A DNA stretch of 64,000 bases from an uncultured Acidimicrobiaceae bacterium (GCA_963764095.1 CAVXRB010000026.1:74302-138301), one strand, 5' to 3'. Counted from the first letter of the stretch, positions 1-10,305 are shown. The notes: generated by a model not told the origin, from the letters alone. Numbers and translations are program-made.

Positions 1-203
1 CCGGTCGTCGGGTAATCGGAGTCGGTGTCGACCGCCTGCACCTCGCGTCCGGCGCCGATGGCGTAGAGCGTCTCGGTGGCCGTCGGTGAGAGCGACACGA
101 TGCAACTCGGTTTCGACGCAGCGCCTGCGCCGCTCGAAACGATGAAGGGCAGGGCCAGGGCACTCAAGAAGAGCGCGAGAACCAACCGTAGGGACTTGAA
201 CAT
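1..203 (-). CDS. ABC transporter substrate-binding protein, BtuF/cobalamin-type (5' part only; runs off the window)
   Basis: Manual translation MFKSLRLVLALFLSALALPFIVSSGAGAASKPSCIVSLSPTATETLYAIGAGREVQAVDTDSDYP shows a signal peptide and the IVSLSPxxTExLyAiG motif of BtuF/FhuD-type proteins. An AAAGGAG RBS lies upstream and a B12 riboswitch precedes it. Confidence 0.85.
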   Translation of the reverse strand, partial: MFKSLRLVLALFLSALALPFIVSSGAGAASKPSCIVSLSPTATETLYAIGAGREVQAVDTDSDYPTT

Positions 204-290
204 GGATATCTCCTTTCCGTCGAAGTGGGTTGGGCGACGGATGGATATCCGAACGACCGCTCCTTACCTCGAGAGCTGTCTTTCACATCT

Positions 291-385
291 CCTCGCGGAA
301 GGCGACCTGGCTACATGGTCTTGAAGCGCGACCACTTACAGTTGCGGGACAGCGTTGGAATCTCACCAACTTCGCTGCCGCGAGG
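291..385 (-). ncRNA. cobalamin (B12) riboswitch
   Basis: Minus strand reads ...CCTCGCGG cagcgaagttGGTGAGATTCCaacgCTGTCCCGCAACTGTAA...AGCCAGGTCGCC ttCCGCGAGG. This gives the T-loop hairpin, the CCCGCAACTGT core, the B12 box, and an 8-bp closing helix (291-298 with 378-385). It lies upstream of the BtuF-like gene. Confidence 0.9.
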
Positions 386-456
386 CACTTTCGACCTTAC
401 TGCATCCGTCGCCGCGCGCCCCGAAGATTCCTGGGCTACTCCTAACGTGGATGGTG

Positions 457-780
457 ATGACAGACACTCCGAAACGATCGGTCCGCGAATCGGTCGGTCA
501 ACTCATCGTGATCGCCATCCTCATCGCCATCCTCGTCGGCGCGGTCATCCTGGTTCGCCAGTACGTCGACTCGTACAACGCCGGCGACTCGTCGTCACTT
601 CCGGCGACCTACCGAGCGTCGCGCGTCGTCGCGAGTTCGACCTCTCGCGTCGGCGACACTGCGATGGTGTCCTTCACGAATTCGAGCACGGCGTACGCCG
701 CGGCCAATCGGTCGGCGTCGACGTTCGCCACGACCTCGTCGTTCAAGGCGCGCAACGTTTCCACGACGGCGCGCAGATAG
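457..780 (+). CDS. small single-TM membrane protein (3' end uncertain, overlaps marR antisense)
   Basis: MTDTPKRSVRESVGQLIVIAILIAILVGAVILVRQY has a hydrophobic helix. A TAACGT hexamer sits just upstream. The tail beyond about 609 is antisense to marR. Confidence 0.4.
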   Translation: MTDTPKRSVRESVGQLIVIAILIAILVGAVILVRQYVDSYNAGDSSSLPATYRASRVVASSTSRVGDTAMVSFTNSSTAYAAANRSASTFATTSSFKARNVSTTARR

Positions 781-1094
781 GCGCGGCCCTTCGGCGTCAA
801 TTGGACGGTGCGACGCCGTGAGTCCTGCGTGGACGCGACAACGCGCGCGTAGTCGCGCTCGACGAGTCCGCTGACCACTTTCCTCGCACCTTGACGAGTG
901 AGTCCGAGCGTTACGCCCAGACTGCCGAGTGGTACTTCCCCGGCGCGCAGGGACCGCATCACCAATGGATCGCTGCGGCGGTAGTCAGCGAATCCGAGTG
1001 CGGCAAGGCGCTGGGCCATCGCGCGGATCCAGCGTTCTCGCGCCATAGCCAGGACATCACCGAAGAGCAGTTTTGGCTCCGGATCAGGACTCAT
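609..1094 (-). CDS. MarR family transcriptional regulator
   Basis: Winged-HTH signature LGLTRQGARKVVSGLVERDY...DSRRRTVQLTPKG. Confidence 0.9.
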   Translation of the reverse strand: MSPDPEPKLLFGDVLAMARERWIRAMAQRLAALGFADYRRSDPLVMRSLRAGEVPLGSLGVTLGLTRQGARKVVSGLVERDYARVVASTQDSRRRTVQLTPKGRAYLRAVVETLRALNDEVVANVDADRLAAAYAVLEFVKDTIAVSPTREVELATTRDAR

Positions 1095-1111
1095 CCAATC
1101 ACTCTAGCATT

Positions 1112-1134
1112 TATGCAACCTAGTTGCATATAAT
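1112..1134. promoter_or_regulatory. putative MarR operator overlapping a TATAAT -10 element
   Basis: Perfect inverted repeat TATGCAAC-CTA-GTTGCATA (1112-1130) between the divergent marR and esterase genes; TATAAT at 1129-1134. Confidence 0.7.
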
Positions 1135-1161
1135 CAGGGTCGAGATCTCCGGGGAGGCACC

Positions 1162-2163
1162 ATGACGATTCATCGAACGACGACGTACCCGATCAGATTC
1201 GCAAGGGCCGTCGTGGCGGCCATCTCAATCACGCTGGTCACCCTCGGCACCGTCACTTTCAGCGTCGCGAGTGTTCCAGCAGCGGCTGCGGCGACGTCGA
1301 GCGGCTGTTCGACGACGTCGCCTGGCTCGACGACGCTGTCGCTGAAGGTCAATGGATTCAACCGCACCGTGATCGTCCACGTGCCCAAGCGTTCAACCGG
1401 CACCACTCCCCTGGCGTTGGTCCTCAACATGCACGGCAGTGGCAGCACTGCGCTCGAACAAGAGGGGTTCACCAAAATGAATACCGCGGCCAATCACGAC
1501 GACTTCGTCGTCGCCTATCCGCAGGCCCTGATCCCCGACGGCACGGGCTTCGACTGGAACATCCCCGGCGTCTCGTTGATCGGCGGTGGAGCGGTTCCCA
1601 AGGGTTCGGCGAACGACGTGAAGTTCCTCACGTCCCTCGTCGCGATCCTGGAGTCGAAGTACTGCGTCAATCCCAAGCAGATCTACGCCACGGGTTTTTC
1701 CGGCGGCGCCCGGATGGCCAGCCAACTCGCCTGCGACGACTCCGGTCTCTTCGCCGCGGTCGCGCCGGTCAGCGGACTCCGCCGCGCCACGCCTTGTCCG
1801 ACGACCCGCGCCGTGCCGGTGATCTCGTTTCACGGTTCGGCCGATCCAGTCGATCCCTTCAACGGGCACGGCCAGAAGTACTGGACCTATTCCGTGACGG
1901 CCGCAGCCAAAGACTGGTCGACCCAGGATCACTGCGCGTCGGTCGCGCATTCTTCTCCGGTGAGAGGCGTCAAACTGACGGCGTACACCTCATGCGCGAA
2001 CGGCGCCCAGGTCGAGCTCTATGAAATCGTGGGTGAAGGTCACGAGTGGCCCGGTGGACCGGCGTTGCCATCGTCGCTCACGGGACTGCTCGGTCCGCAG
2101 TCGAATCTTGTCAGCGCAAACGGCTTGATGTGGGTGTTCTTCAAAGCGCATCACCTGCCGTAA
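1162..2163 (+). CDS. secreted alpha/beta hydrolase, PHB depolymerase/LpqC-type esterase
   Basis: Signal peptide; LVLNMHGSG; GFSGG nucleophile elbow; HGSADP; GHEWPGG. Confidence 0.85.
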   Translation: MTIHRTTTYPIRFARAVVAAISITLVTLGTVTFSVASVPAAAAATSSGCSTTSPGSTTLSLKVNGFNRTVIVHVPKRSTGTTPLALVLNMHGSGSTALEQEGFTKMNTAANHDDFVVAYPQALIPDGTGFDWNIPGVSLIGGGAVPKGSANDVKFLTSLVAILESKYCVNPKQIYATGFSGGARMASQLACDDSGLFAAVAPVSGLRRATPCPTTRAVPVISFHGSADPVDPFNGHGQKYWTYSVTAAAKDWSTQDHCASVAHSSPVRGVKLTAYTSCANGAQVELYEIVGEGHEWPGGPALPSSLTGLLGPQSNLVSANGLMWVFFKAHHLP

Positions 2164-2219
2164 CGCCACGGCCGCACCGCTGGTCGATGGCCACGCAGCG
2201 ATGGTGCTGTACTTGCCAC

Positions 2220-2710
2220 GTGGAGCAGGGAACGGTCGTCATCGAGTACCGGTTGACGTGGGGTGAGTGGCGCAGGATTTACTGGGGCGCTTCCATGAAG
2301 AAGACCATTTCGGCCTTCGCTCTCTTTTTCGCCTTCTTCTTTGGAATCTCCACGCTGCTCTTCGCCAACCACAACGAGGCGGCGGCGGTTGTGATTGCCG
2401 CACTCGCGGTCATCTCGGTCGTGTCGAGGTTCTGGATCGCACCGAGGCGATATTGGAACTCGGCGATCGGCGTGCAAGAGGCGAAGCGCGTTGAGATCGG
2501 CGACGAAGGAAGTCATCCGCAGCTCAGCGTCACTGGAAGAACGGTTCGCGTGGGATCGATTTCGCAGTGTCAAGAACGTGAAGGACTATCTCATCCTGAA
2601 AGGTCCATCAGGTTCGGTCTTCGGTGTACTCTTCCGAAACGCGGTTTTGGGGCGGCGGTGGATGAAGGTGTGCTCTTGCGTACGATTCTTGGCATCTCCC
2701 GCCGTCGTAA
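2220..2710 (+). CDS. YcxB-like membrane protein (frameshifted)
   Basis: IEYRLTWGEW, then two TM helices, continuing in another frame as ...EERFAWDRFRSVKNVKDYLIL; this matches the YcxB architecture. Confidence 0.55.
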
Positions 2711-2722
2711 ACGTGACCGACG

Positions 2723-3506
2723 TCAGCCGACGGTCATGCCACCGTCGACGGCGATGTCGGCGCCCGTGATCGCGGAGGCGGCCGGCGAGCAGAGCCACGC
2801 GATCGTTGCGGCGACCTCGACCGGTTCGATGAGGCGTCCAATGGGCTGTTGATGGGCGAACTCTTCGGCGCTCGAGAGTTCGTAGACCTTGGCCGAGGCG
2901 TCCAGCAACGCGGTGCGCGTCGAGCCGGGACTGACCGCGTTCGCGGTGACACCGTAGGGCGCCAGGTCCATCGCGGTGCCGCGGATAATCCACCACGGCG
3001 TGCTTGGCCGCCGAATAGGCCGCGAGGTGGTACAGGCCGGTGCGGCCGGCGGCCGAGGCGACGGCCACGACGCGACCCTGCGCGTCCTTGCCGTTCGCGA
3101 TCAACGTCGGCGCGGCCGCTTCGATGAGCCGCCGCGTGCCGAGCACGTTCACCGACCAGACCGCGTCCCACGCGGCGTCGGTCAACTCCCATATCGCCGA
3201 GCCGCCTGCAACGACCCCAGCACACGCAACGATGGCGTCGAGTCGTCCGAAATGCCGTGTCGCGGTCTCGACCGCGAGCTGCATGTCCGAGGCGCTGCGC
3301 ACGTCACCCACGAGTCCGAGCACCGAGTCTCCGTGGTGGGCGACGACGGCGTCCAGGTCGGCCGACGTCGCCAGCGCGTACGGGACCTCGGGAATGTCTC
3401 GACAGCGGTCGACGGCGATCACCCGATAGCCGTCGTTCACCAAGGCGTCCACCGTGGCCGCGCCAATGCCTCGCGCCGCACCCGTGACGATGGCGACGCG
3501 ACTCAC
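2723..3506 (-). CDS. mycofactocin-coupled SDR family oxidoreductase (one frameshift near 2985)
   Basis: TGAARGIG; the [15 protein letters not shown] insertion typical of mycofactocin-linked SDRs; YSAAK; start overlaps the mftD stop. Confidence 0.9.
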
Positions 3507-4675
3507 GAGCCCAACCGGCGAAAGAAGTCGTCGGGCGCGACGACATCGCTGCGATCGAGTTCGCTCACGTCAGATTTGCCGAGGGCCAGCAGCGTCGAGT
3601 CGATCCCGCCGCGCAACACGTCGAGGACGTTCTCCACGCCGGCTTGACCCTCGGCCGCGAGTCCCCACAGGTAGGCGCGGCCGATCATCACGGCGTGCGC
3701 CCCGAGCGCTAGCGCTTTCACCACGTCGCTGCCGCGGCGCACGCCGCCGTCGAGCAGCACTTCGATCTGGTCACCGACGGCGTCGACCACGGCCGGCAAC
3801 GCGCGAATCGGCGCCGGCGTCCCGTCGAGATTGTTGCCCCCGTGATTGGAGACCGACAGCGCGCTCGCCCCGAGGTCGACGACCCGTTTGGCGTCGTCGA
3901 CCCGACTGACGCCCTTGACCATGAACGGTCCGTCCCAGTTCGAGCGCAGCCACGCCACGTCGTCCCAATCGGGCAACGGGCTCTGCATCCATTCGTAGTA
4001 GGCGCCGAAGAACGTCGGCGGTTTCTCGCCGGGCTTAGCCATGTTCGGGGTCAACAGTCCGGGCACGTGACCGGTCTTGGCGTAGGACCAGAGCCAGCGC
4101 GGTCGCGCCGCGACTTCCGGTGCGAGCTTCACGACCGCCTTCAGTCCGATCTTGTCGGGGATCCACGGGCTACCCCAGTCGCGCCCGTTGGCGAAAGACC
4201 AGTCGAGCGTGAGGATGATCCCCTTCGCGCCGGCGTCGCGCGCCCGGGCCAGGCGCGCGAGCATCGTGTCGCGGTCCCCCGACCAGTACATCTGGAAGAG
4301 CACCTGGTCGCTCACCGCGCAGACCTCTTCGAGGGAGCGACTGGCGAATGAACTGAGCCCCATCGCGACGCCGCGATTGGCCGCGGCGCGAGCGACCGCC
4401 ACTTCGCCGTCCGGGTGGACCGCCTGCACGCCGGTCGGCGAGATCAGTACCGGCATCGAGACGGACTGACCCATGACGGTCGTGGCCATCGTGCGTTCAC
4501 GCTTGTTACCGGCGACGTGCGGCGCGAACCCCAACAAATCGAAGGACTCCAGGTTGTCCCTCGAGGAGAGTCCTTTTTCGGAGCCGGCGACGAGGGCCGC
4601 GTAGACGGATTTCGGGAGACGTTTCTCGGCCCGACGTTGGGCGACGGCCACCGACTCAAACCACTTGCTCGCCAT
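3503..4675 (-). CDS. mftD: pre-mycofactocin synthase MftD (FMN-dependent alpha-hydroxy acid oxidase family)
   Basis: N-terminal WFESVAVAQRRAEKRLPKSVYAALVAGSEKG; SPTGVQAVHPDGE; GRDWGSP; SNHGGNNLD. Confidence 0.95.
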   Translation of the reverse strand: MASKWFESVAVAQRRAEKRLPKSVYAALVAGSEKGLSSRDNLESFDLLGFAPHVAGNKRERTMATTVMGQSVSMPVLISPTGVQAVHPDGEVAVARAAANRGVAMGLSSFASRSLEEVCAVSDQVLFQMYWSGDRDTMLARLARARDAGAKGIILTLDWSFANGRDWGSPWIPDKIGLKAVVKLAPEVAARPRWLWSYAKTGHVPGLLTPNMAKPGEKPPTFFGAYYEWMQSPLPDWDDVAWLRSNWDGPFMVKGVSRVDDAKRVVDLGASALSVSNHGGNNLDGTPAPIRALPAVVDAVGDQIEVLLDGGVRRGSDVVKALALGAHAVMIGRAYLWGLAAEGQAGVENVLDVLRGGIDSTLLALGKSDVSELDRSDVVAPDDFFRRLGS

Positions 4676-4730
4676 CGCTTCCCCGTTCGACTCAGTGCGA
4701 CATTACCCGAGGGCCGAATTCGGCCTTAAG

Positions 4731-5843
4731 TCAGTGCGCGGAGATCGACACCGCGACCTTGCGCGAGTGGTCAGCGGACGGCGTCGGTCGCAGCAACACC
4801 TTCTTGGCGGCCAACGCGGTCTCGCCGTGACCGAAGACGCACTCGGGGTCGGGGTCGCTCATCTCGAGTCCGGTGAAGAACTTGGCCGCCATGCATCCGC
4901 CGCGACACGCGTCGTACGATCCGCACGACGTGCACGCCCCGGCGTTCCCCGGTTCGCGCAGCGAGCGGAATAGCTCGCTGTTGCGCCAGACGTCCTCAAA
5001 GCCCGCGGTGCGCACGTTGCCGGCACGGAACTCGTCGTGGATGACGAACGGACAGGCGTAGACCTCGCCGACCGGGTCGATGAGGCACACGACGCGGCCC
5101 GCTCCACAGAGGTTCAGTCCCGAGAGCGGTGCACCGAGCGCCGAGAGATGGAAGAACGAATCGCCGGTCAAGACGTTCGGGCGCTCGAGCAGCCATTTAT
5201 ACAGTCGTCGGTTCTGTTCGAGCGTGGGGTGCAACGACTGCCACGTGTCGACGCCGCGTCCCGAAGGTCGAAGTCGCGTGAGTCGCAGTTCGGCGCCGTA
5301 GTGCGCGGCGAGCTTCTCGAACTCGTCGAGTTGTTCGATGGAGTCCTTCGTCATCACGACCGAGATCTTGAACTGTCCGAAGTCGGCCGCCTTGAGGTTG
5401 TCCATCGCGCGTCGCGCCTGATCGTAACTTCCGACGCCGCGGATGCGGTCACTGGTCGCGGCGTCCACGCCGTCGATGGAGATCTGGATGTCGAGGTAGT
5501 CGATACCCGCCAGGCGTCGCGCGGCGGCCTCGTCGATACGCGTGCCGTTCGTCGAGAACTTGACACCGACGTGCTGGTCGACCGCGTGCTCGATCAGTTC
5601 GAAGAAGTCGCGTCGGATCATCGGTTCGCCGCCGCCGATATTGATGTAAAAGATCTGCATCGCGGCGATCTCGTCGATCAACGCCTTCGCTTCGTCCGTC
5701 CTGAGCTCGTTGGGGTCGCGTCGTCCCGACGAAGAGAGGCAGTGCGTGCAGGCGAGGTTGCAGGCGTAGGTCAGTTCCCACGTGAGACAGATCGGCGCCT
5801 CGAGACCGCGTTCGAATCGATCGCGCAGCGAAAGCTCAGCCAC
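4731..5843 (-). CDS. mftC: mycofactocin radical SAM maturase MftC
   Basis: APICLTWELTYACNLACTHCLSSSGRRDP (CxxxCxxC); SPASM cysteines in CGAGRVVC...ACPF...CTSCGSYDACRGGC. Confidence 0.97.
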   Translation of the reverse strand: MAELSLRDRFERGLEAPICLTWELTYACNLACTHCLSSSGRRDPNELRTDEAKALIDEIAAMQIFYINIGGGEPMIRRDFFELIEHAVDQHVGVKFSTNGTRIDEAAARRLAGIDYLDIQISIDGVDAATSDRIRGVGSYDQARRAMDNLKAADFGQFKISVVMTKDSIEQLDEFEKLAAHYGAELRLTRLRPSGRGVDTWQSLHPTLEQNRRLYKWLLERPNVLTGDSFFHLSALGAPLSGLNLCGAGRVVCLIDPVGEVYACPFVIHDEFRAGNVRTAGFEDVWRNSELFRSLREPGNAGACTSCGSYDACRGGCMAAKFFTGLEMSDPDPECVFGHGETALAAKKVLLRPTPSADHSRKVAVSISAH

Positions 5844-6114
5844 AGAGGATCTCCGAACGAACGAGCGAGGTCAGCGCCGTGACGTAGCGTCCGCGCTGCT
5901 GCGCGGGCACCAACGCGTCCAGTGCCGCGTCGGCACTGTCGAACTCACCGACGCGGCGAACGACATCGACGAGTTCGCGAGACTTCAGGAAGACCAGTCG
6001 GCGCGTGCCGTGGTGGTACGCCAACGCGCCGAAGGACTCGTCGCGCAGCGAGACCTGATCGTTCAGGTGCCAGGGCGCCGACGTGTCAAAGGCGAGCGCG
6101 GTAGGTGGCGACAC
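5836..6114 (-). CDS. mftB: mycofactocin peptide chaperone MftB (RRE)
   Basis: WHLNDQVSLRDESFGALAYHHGTRRLVFLKS matches MftB; located between mftA and mftC. Confidence 0.93.
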   Translation of the reverse strand: MSPPTALAFDTSAPWHLNDQVSLRDESFGALAYHHGTRRLVFLKSRELVDVVRRVGEFDSADAALDALVPAQQRGRYVTALTSLVRSEILCG

Positions 6115-6116
6115 GT

Positions 6117-6221
6117 TTAGTAGACGCCGCAGAGTCCGTCGATGGAGACCTCTTCGACGAGTAACTCTTCGCTCTCTTCGGTTTCGACAACGTCTTCTTC
6201 GATCAGTGTTTCGGTCGGCAT
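6117..6221 (-). CDS. mftA: mycofactocin precursor peptide MftA (34 aa)
   Basis: Manual translation MPTETLIEEDVVETEESEELLVEEVSIDGLCGVY*; acidic leader and IDGxCGVY core; GGAGG RBS. Confidence 0.97.
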   Translation of the reverse strand: MPTETLIEEDVVETEESEELLVEEVSIDGLCGVY

Positions 6222-6295
6222 CGTTCCTCCTCGGATGTCTCCATTCTGACCGGTGCCGCGACCGCCGCCGGTTCAAATCGTGCCAGACTCCACCC

Positions 6296-7747
6296 GTGAG
6301 CCAACTCATCCCACTGGCCCCGCTCCCGGTCGAAGTCCCGGTCCCCATTGGCACCAGGGTGTTCCTCGACGAGGGCGCGAAGTTCCTCGACCGTGACCTG
6401 TTGACCGGCGGATCGCCGTGGCGACTCCTGCGCCTGCCCGGTGGCTCACGAGCCGTCGCCGAACGATGGGTGGGCGGTGGCGAGGTCCAAGTCGGCGAAG
6501 GTCGCTTCGCGCGCACCCTCGTGCAGCAGGGCCTCCTCCATCCCCTCTTTCGCAGCGAGACCAATGTCGATGACGTCGACGTCATCGTGCCGGTACGCGA
6601 CGACATCGCCTCACTGGCGACACTGTTGGAGTCGCTTCAGGGCCTGCACGTCACGGTCGTCGACGACGCGTCGAGTGACGCCGACGCCGTGTCGCGCTGC
6701 GCCGGACGTTTCGGGGCCGAGGTCGTGCGAATGGAGGAGAACGGCGGGCCGGGCAGTGCGCGCAACGCTGGTGCACACGCCACGTCGCGGCCGTTGCTGT
6801 GGTTCATCGACGTCGACGTCGTCGTCGACAACGCCCTCGACGTGCTCGCGCGACTTCAGCCGAACTTCGACGATCCCCTCGAAGGGGCCGTGGCCCCGCG
6901 GATCCGAGGAACACACGGCCCGTCGCTGCGCGACCGTTTCGAGTCGCGGTTCAGTCCGTTGGACGTGGGTGAGCGCAGCGCACTGGTCATTCCCAACTCC
7001 GCGGTGCACTTCGTGCCGAGTGCGTGCCTGTTGATTCGTCGCAGCAGTTTCGGCGAGGGCTTCGACGAGACGCTGCGCTACGGCGAAGACGTGGACCTCG
7101 TCTGGCGACTCCACGACCAGGGGTGGCTCGTTCGCTACGTCGCCGAGGTCGCCGTCACACACCGCGCCCGCGACTCCTGGCGCGAGTGGTGGGGACAGCG
7201 ACTTCGCTACGGACAGTCATCGAGCGAACTCGCCAAACGCCATGGCACTCGACTAGCGCCGTTTCGTGCGGACACCTGGACGCTGCTCACGTGGGTGACG
7301 GCGTTGGTCGGTAAACCGATGATCGGACTTCGCATCATCGACGCGGCTCGTGATCAGTTGCGCGAGCGAATGCTCGAAACGACCGACGACGCCCACAAGG
7401 TCGCCACGGAACTGGTCGGGCGCGGCATGGTTCGTGCCGGACCGCTCATGGCGCGCGCTGCGGTGCGAACGTTCGGCGTCGTCATCTTGTTGAGCGCTGT
7501 GCACCCGAAACTGCGTCGTCGCGCGCTGACCCTTTTCGTCGTGGGGACCGCCTATCGCTGGCGATCGACCCGCGTTCGACTCGCCGATGTCCCCCTGGGC
7601 GTCGCCGACGACGTCGCCTACGGCACCGGCGTCATCAGCGGGGCGATTCGCTCGCGTTCTCTCGGCGCGTTGAAGCCCCACATCACGAAGTCGACGCTCG
7701 GGCTGCGCAACGTCCTCGGTCTCAAGCCCGGTGCGGGCAGCCTCTGA
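6296..7747 (+). CDS. mftF: mycofactocin glycosyltransferase MftF (GT2)
   Basis: LLTGGSPWRLLRL N-terminal motif; VIVPVRD; VVDDAS; ARNAG; GEDVDLVWRL; divergent from mftA. Confidence 0.9.
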   Translation: MSQLIPLAPLPVEVPVPIGTRVFLDEGAKFLDRDLLTGGSPWRLLRLPGGSRAVAERWVGGGEVQVGEGRFARTLVQQGLLHPLFRSETNVDDVDVIVPVRDDIASLATLLESLQGLHVTVVDDASSDADAVSRCAGRFGAEVVRMEENGGPGSARNAGAHATSRPLLWFIDVDVVVDNALDVLARLQPNFDDPLEGAVAPRIRGTHGPSLRDRFESRFSPLDVGERSALVIPNSAVHFVPSACLLIRRSSFGEGFDETLRYGEDVDLVWRLHDQGWLVRYVAEVAVTHRARDSWREWWGQRLRYGQSSSELAKRHGTRLAPFRADTWTLLTWVTALVGKPMIGLRIIDAARDQLRERMLETTDDAHKVATELVGRGMVRAGPLMARAAVRTFGVVILLSAVHPKLRRRALTLFVVGTAYRWRSTRVRLADVPLGVADDVAYGTGVISGAIRSRSLGALKPHITKSTLGLRNVLGLKPGAGSL

Positions 7748-10305
7748 TCACTCGATCGGCCGGCGCCCCAGCATCGCCGGCTCACGGCTGGCGAATACCC
7801 AACCGATTACCAACGCGATCGCCGGCATCCCGAAGAGTATGAGCGAGAGGTCGCCAATCGGTACTCCTTTGGTGAGCGAGGAGATCCCACCGTTCAGCGA
7901 ATTACTCCGCAACCAACCGATCATCGCCACGTAGCCGCCGACCACACCGAGGAGTGCGCCCAGCAATCCGAGCGCCCCCGCGGTCACCGCGGTCAACGTG
8001 CGCCTCGTGTAACTCGACGCGCCCGTCGCCGTCAACGTTCGCAGGTCACTCGACGTCTCACTACGTACAAGTCCCACCGACATCGCGAGGACGCCGAGGG
8101 CGATGAGGATACCGAAGAGCGTCGCGTAGTTGATGATCGTCGAGCCCGAGGGAATGTCGTTCCTCGACTCGACTTGGAGCTGGGCGGTCGACGCGGTGAG
8201 TTGGGCGCTGCTGATCTGGGCCGCAGTGAAGCTCTGGTTACCCACCACCAACCAGTCCGAAGTGCTCGCCGTGATGTGGAACTCCTTCATCGCGTGTTCG
8301 GTGATGATCGTGTTCGGTGCCGACGTGCCCGCGGGCAACGCGCTGATCTCTTGGATCACGGGATGCGCCAGACATCCGTTGGCGGGGAACAGTTCGGACC
8401 GGTGCTGCCACCGGGTCCGTTCGGGCTCCCTGCTTGCTTCGAGTTCGTCGCGTAGTTCATGACGAGATTCGAGACCCCTGAGAGACCAGGACGCGACGTC
8501 AAGACGTCCGCATTCGGATCGATCTGGGATGCCGTGATGCCAAAGGCCCGCAACAGTTGTGGCGTGGCGACGTAGATCTGGCCGTCCCATTGTCGTCCAC
8601 TCTGCGAGCCGTTCAGACCGGCGTTGGGTGACTCGAGCGCAACGAGTCTCGCGCTGAGACCACGGGCGATCTGCTTGGCGCCGGCGGCGAGTTCGGCTGG
8701 GGTCGCGGTCTCCCTCTTCACATGATGCACCGGGACGAGTTGACCTTTGGCGTTGCGCTGCACGAGGTTCGCGCCTTGCGGCGGGAAACCCTCGTGTAGT
8801 GCGATCTGATTCGAGGCGAGGTTCGGTCCCGCGTAGTCGAGGACGTTGCTGAAGCGCGACGCCGCGGCGAGTACCACGATGACCGAGATGAGTACGCCGA
8901 TACTGATGGCTGAGAGTGCGGAGCCCGAGCGTGCCCGGTACCGTGCCAGGTCGCGCAGCGCGAGTCGAATCGAGATGGGCGAATGACGGCTGACCCGCTC
9001 GGTCAGCGACAAGAAGAATGGCGCGAGCAGAATCAGTCCCGGCATGAGTAAGACGAGTCCAAGCAGTAACTCCGGGGCGCCGCCGTTGCCGTTTCCCCCG
9101 CCCGTGCTGCCGGAGTAGCCGAGCAGTAAGAACGCCGCGACTAAGAAGACGATGCCGGGGACGACAGAGCGGTGGATCTGGCGCGGCGGTGCTGGGCGAC
9201 CGGACAGCGCATGAACGATCGGGATCTTCGTGATCGCGCGTGCCGGTCGCGACGACGCGAAGTAGGCCGCAAGGACCGCGAGGACCATCGCGACGAAGAC
9301 CACGATCCACGGGAGTGCGAAGACGCCGACGACGTGATGGGCGCTCTGTTCGAAGCTCGGACGATAGGCCAACCAACCGGCGAAGCCCAGGATGAAACCG
9401 AGAATCGCTCCGACGACACCGACGACGGTGCCGTTCGCGCTGACGACGAGGCGCACGTGACGGTCCGTCGCGCCGATCGACTCGAGCATCCCGATCGAAC
9501 GCATCCGACGCTGGGCCAGCACCGTAAAGCCGCCGATCGACACGAGAGCGATCAGCAGCATCCCGAGCACTAGGGCGGTGAGCGAGATGGTCTCCGGGTT
9601 GAGCGGATTGGACGCCGCGACCGACGCCGGCGTGTTTATCTGCACGCCGCCCTTGCCGAGCGCTTGCACGTCGAAGCCGGGTACCTGCATGAGGACCGTG
9701 ACCTGCGACGGATCCGAGACCTGCCCCGGCACGACGAGCGCGAAAGCGTCCAGGAGACTCTGCGGGTTCTGCACGATGCCGACGACGTCGCGTCTGACGC
9801 CGCCGACCTGCCAGGACTTGCCGACCGAGAGATGGAAGGCTGACGCCACGCCACTCGTCACGGCGACTTGGGCGGCGCTCGACGGGTAGTGACCGCTGAC
9901 GAGCGCGAGCATCGGGGCGCCGAAGGGACCGTGCACGGCCTGGGAACGGAGTTCGTAGGTATTGATCGACCCGGGGATGGAGAACGTCTGGTTCTCGATG
10001 ACCTGGACGGTACCGTCGTGCTCGGCCTTGGCGACGAACGCGTGGGTCTTCGCGCCGAAGTTCGTGAAGGTCGCCGCGTACGGCGCGGTCCCGAACCCGG
10101 CGTCCTTTGGTGGCGGGTTGTTAACCGCGACCGAAGAACCCAGGATCGTCGCCGCGACCGCCACCGTGATGAGCGCGAGGATCAGGAACTGCTGACGCCA
10201 TTCGCGTCGAAAAAGTCGCCACGCCCAACGGGTCACGGCGCGTCGCGCGGGAAGGCCACCGTCAGAGGGCCGCCGCTCTGATTGGACTCGGAAGTCGTCC
10301 ATCAC
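7748..10305 (-). CDS. FtsX/MacB-like ABC transporter permease (frameshift near 8370)
   Basis: RWAWRLFRREWRQ; LAQRRMRSIGMLESIGAT; second FtsX domain DLRTLTATGAS; many TM segments. Confidence 0.88.

Noticed and set aside
5836-6606. 256-aa extended MftB and 554-aa extended MftF ORFs
   Set aside because: The extensions run over mftA and the opposite gene; true starts are placed at 6114 and 6296
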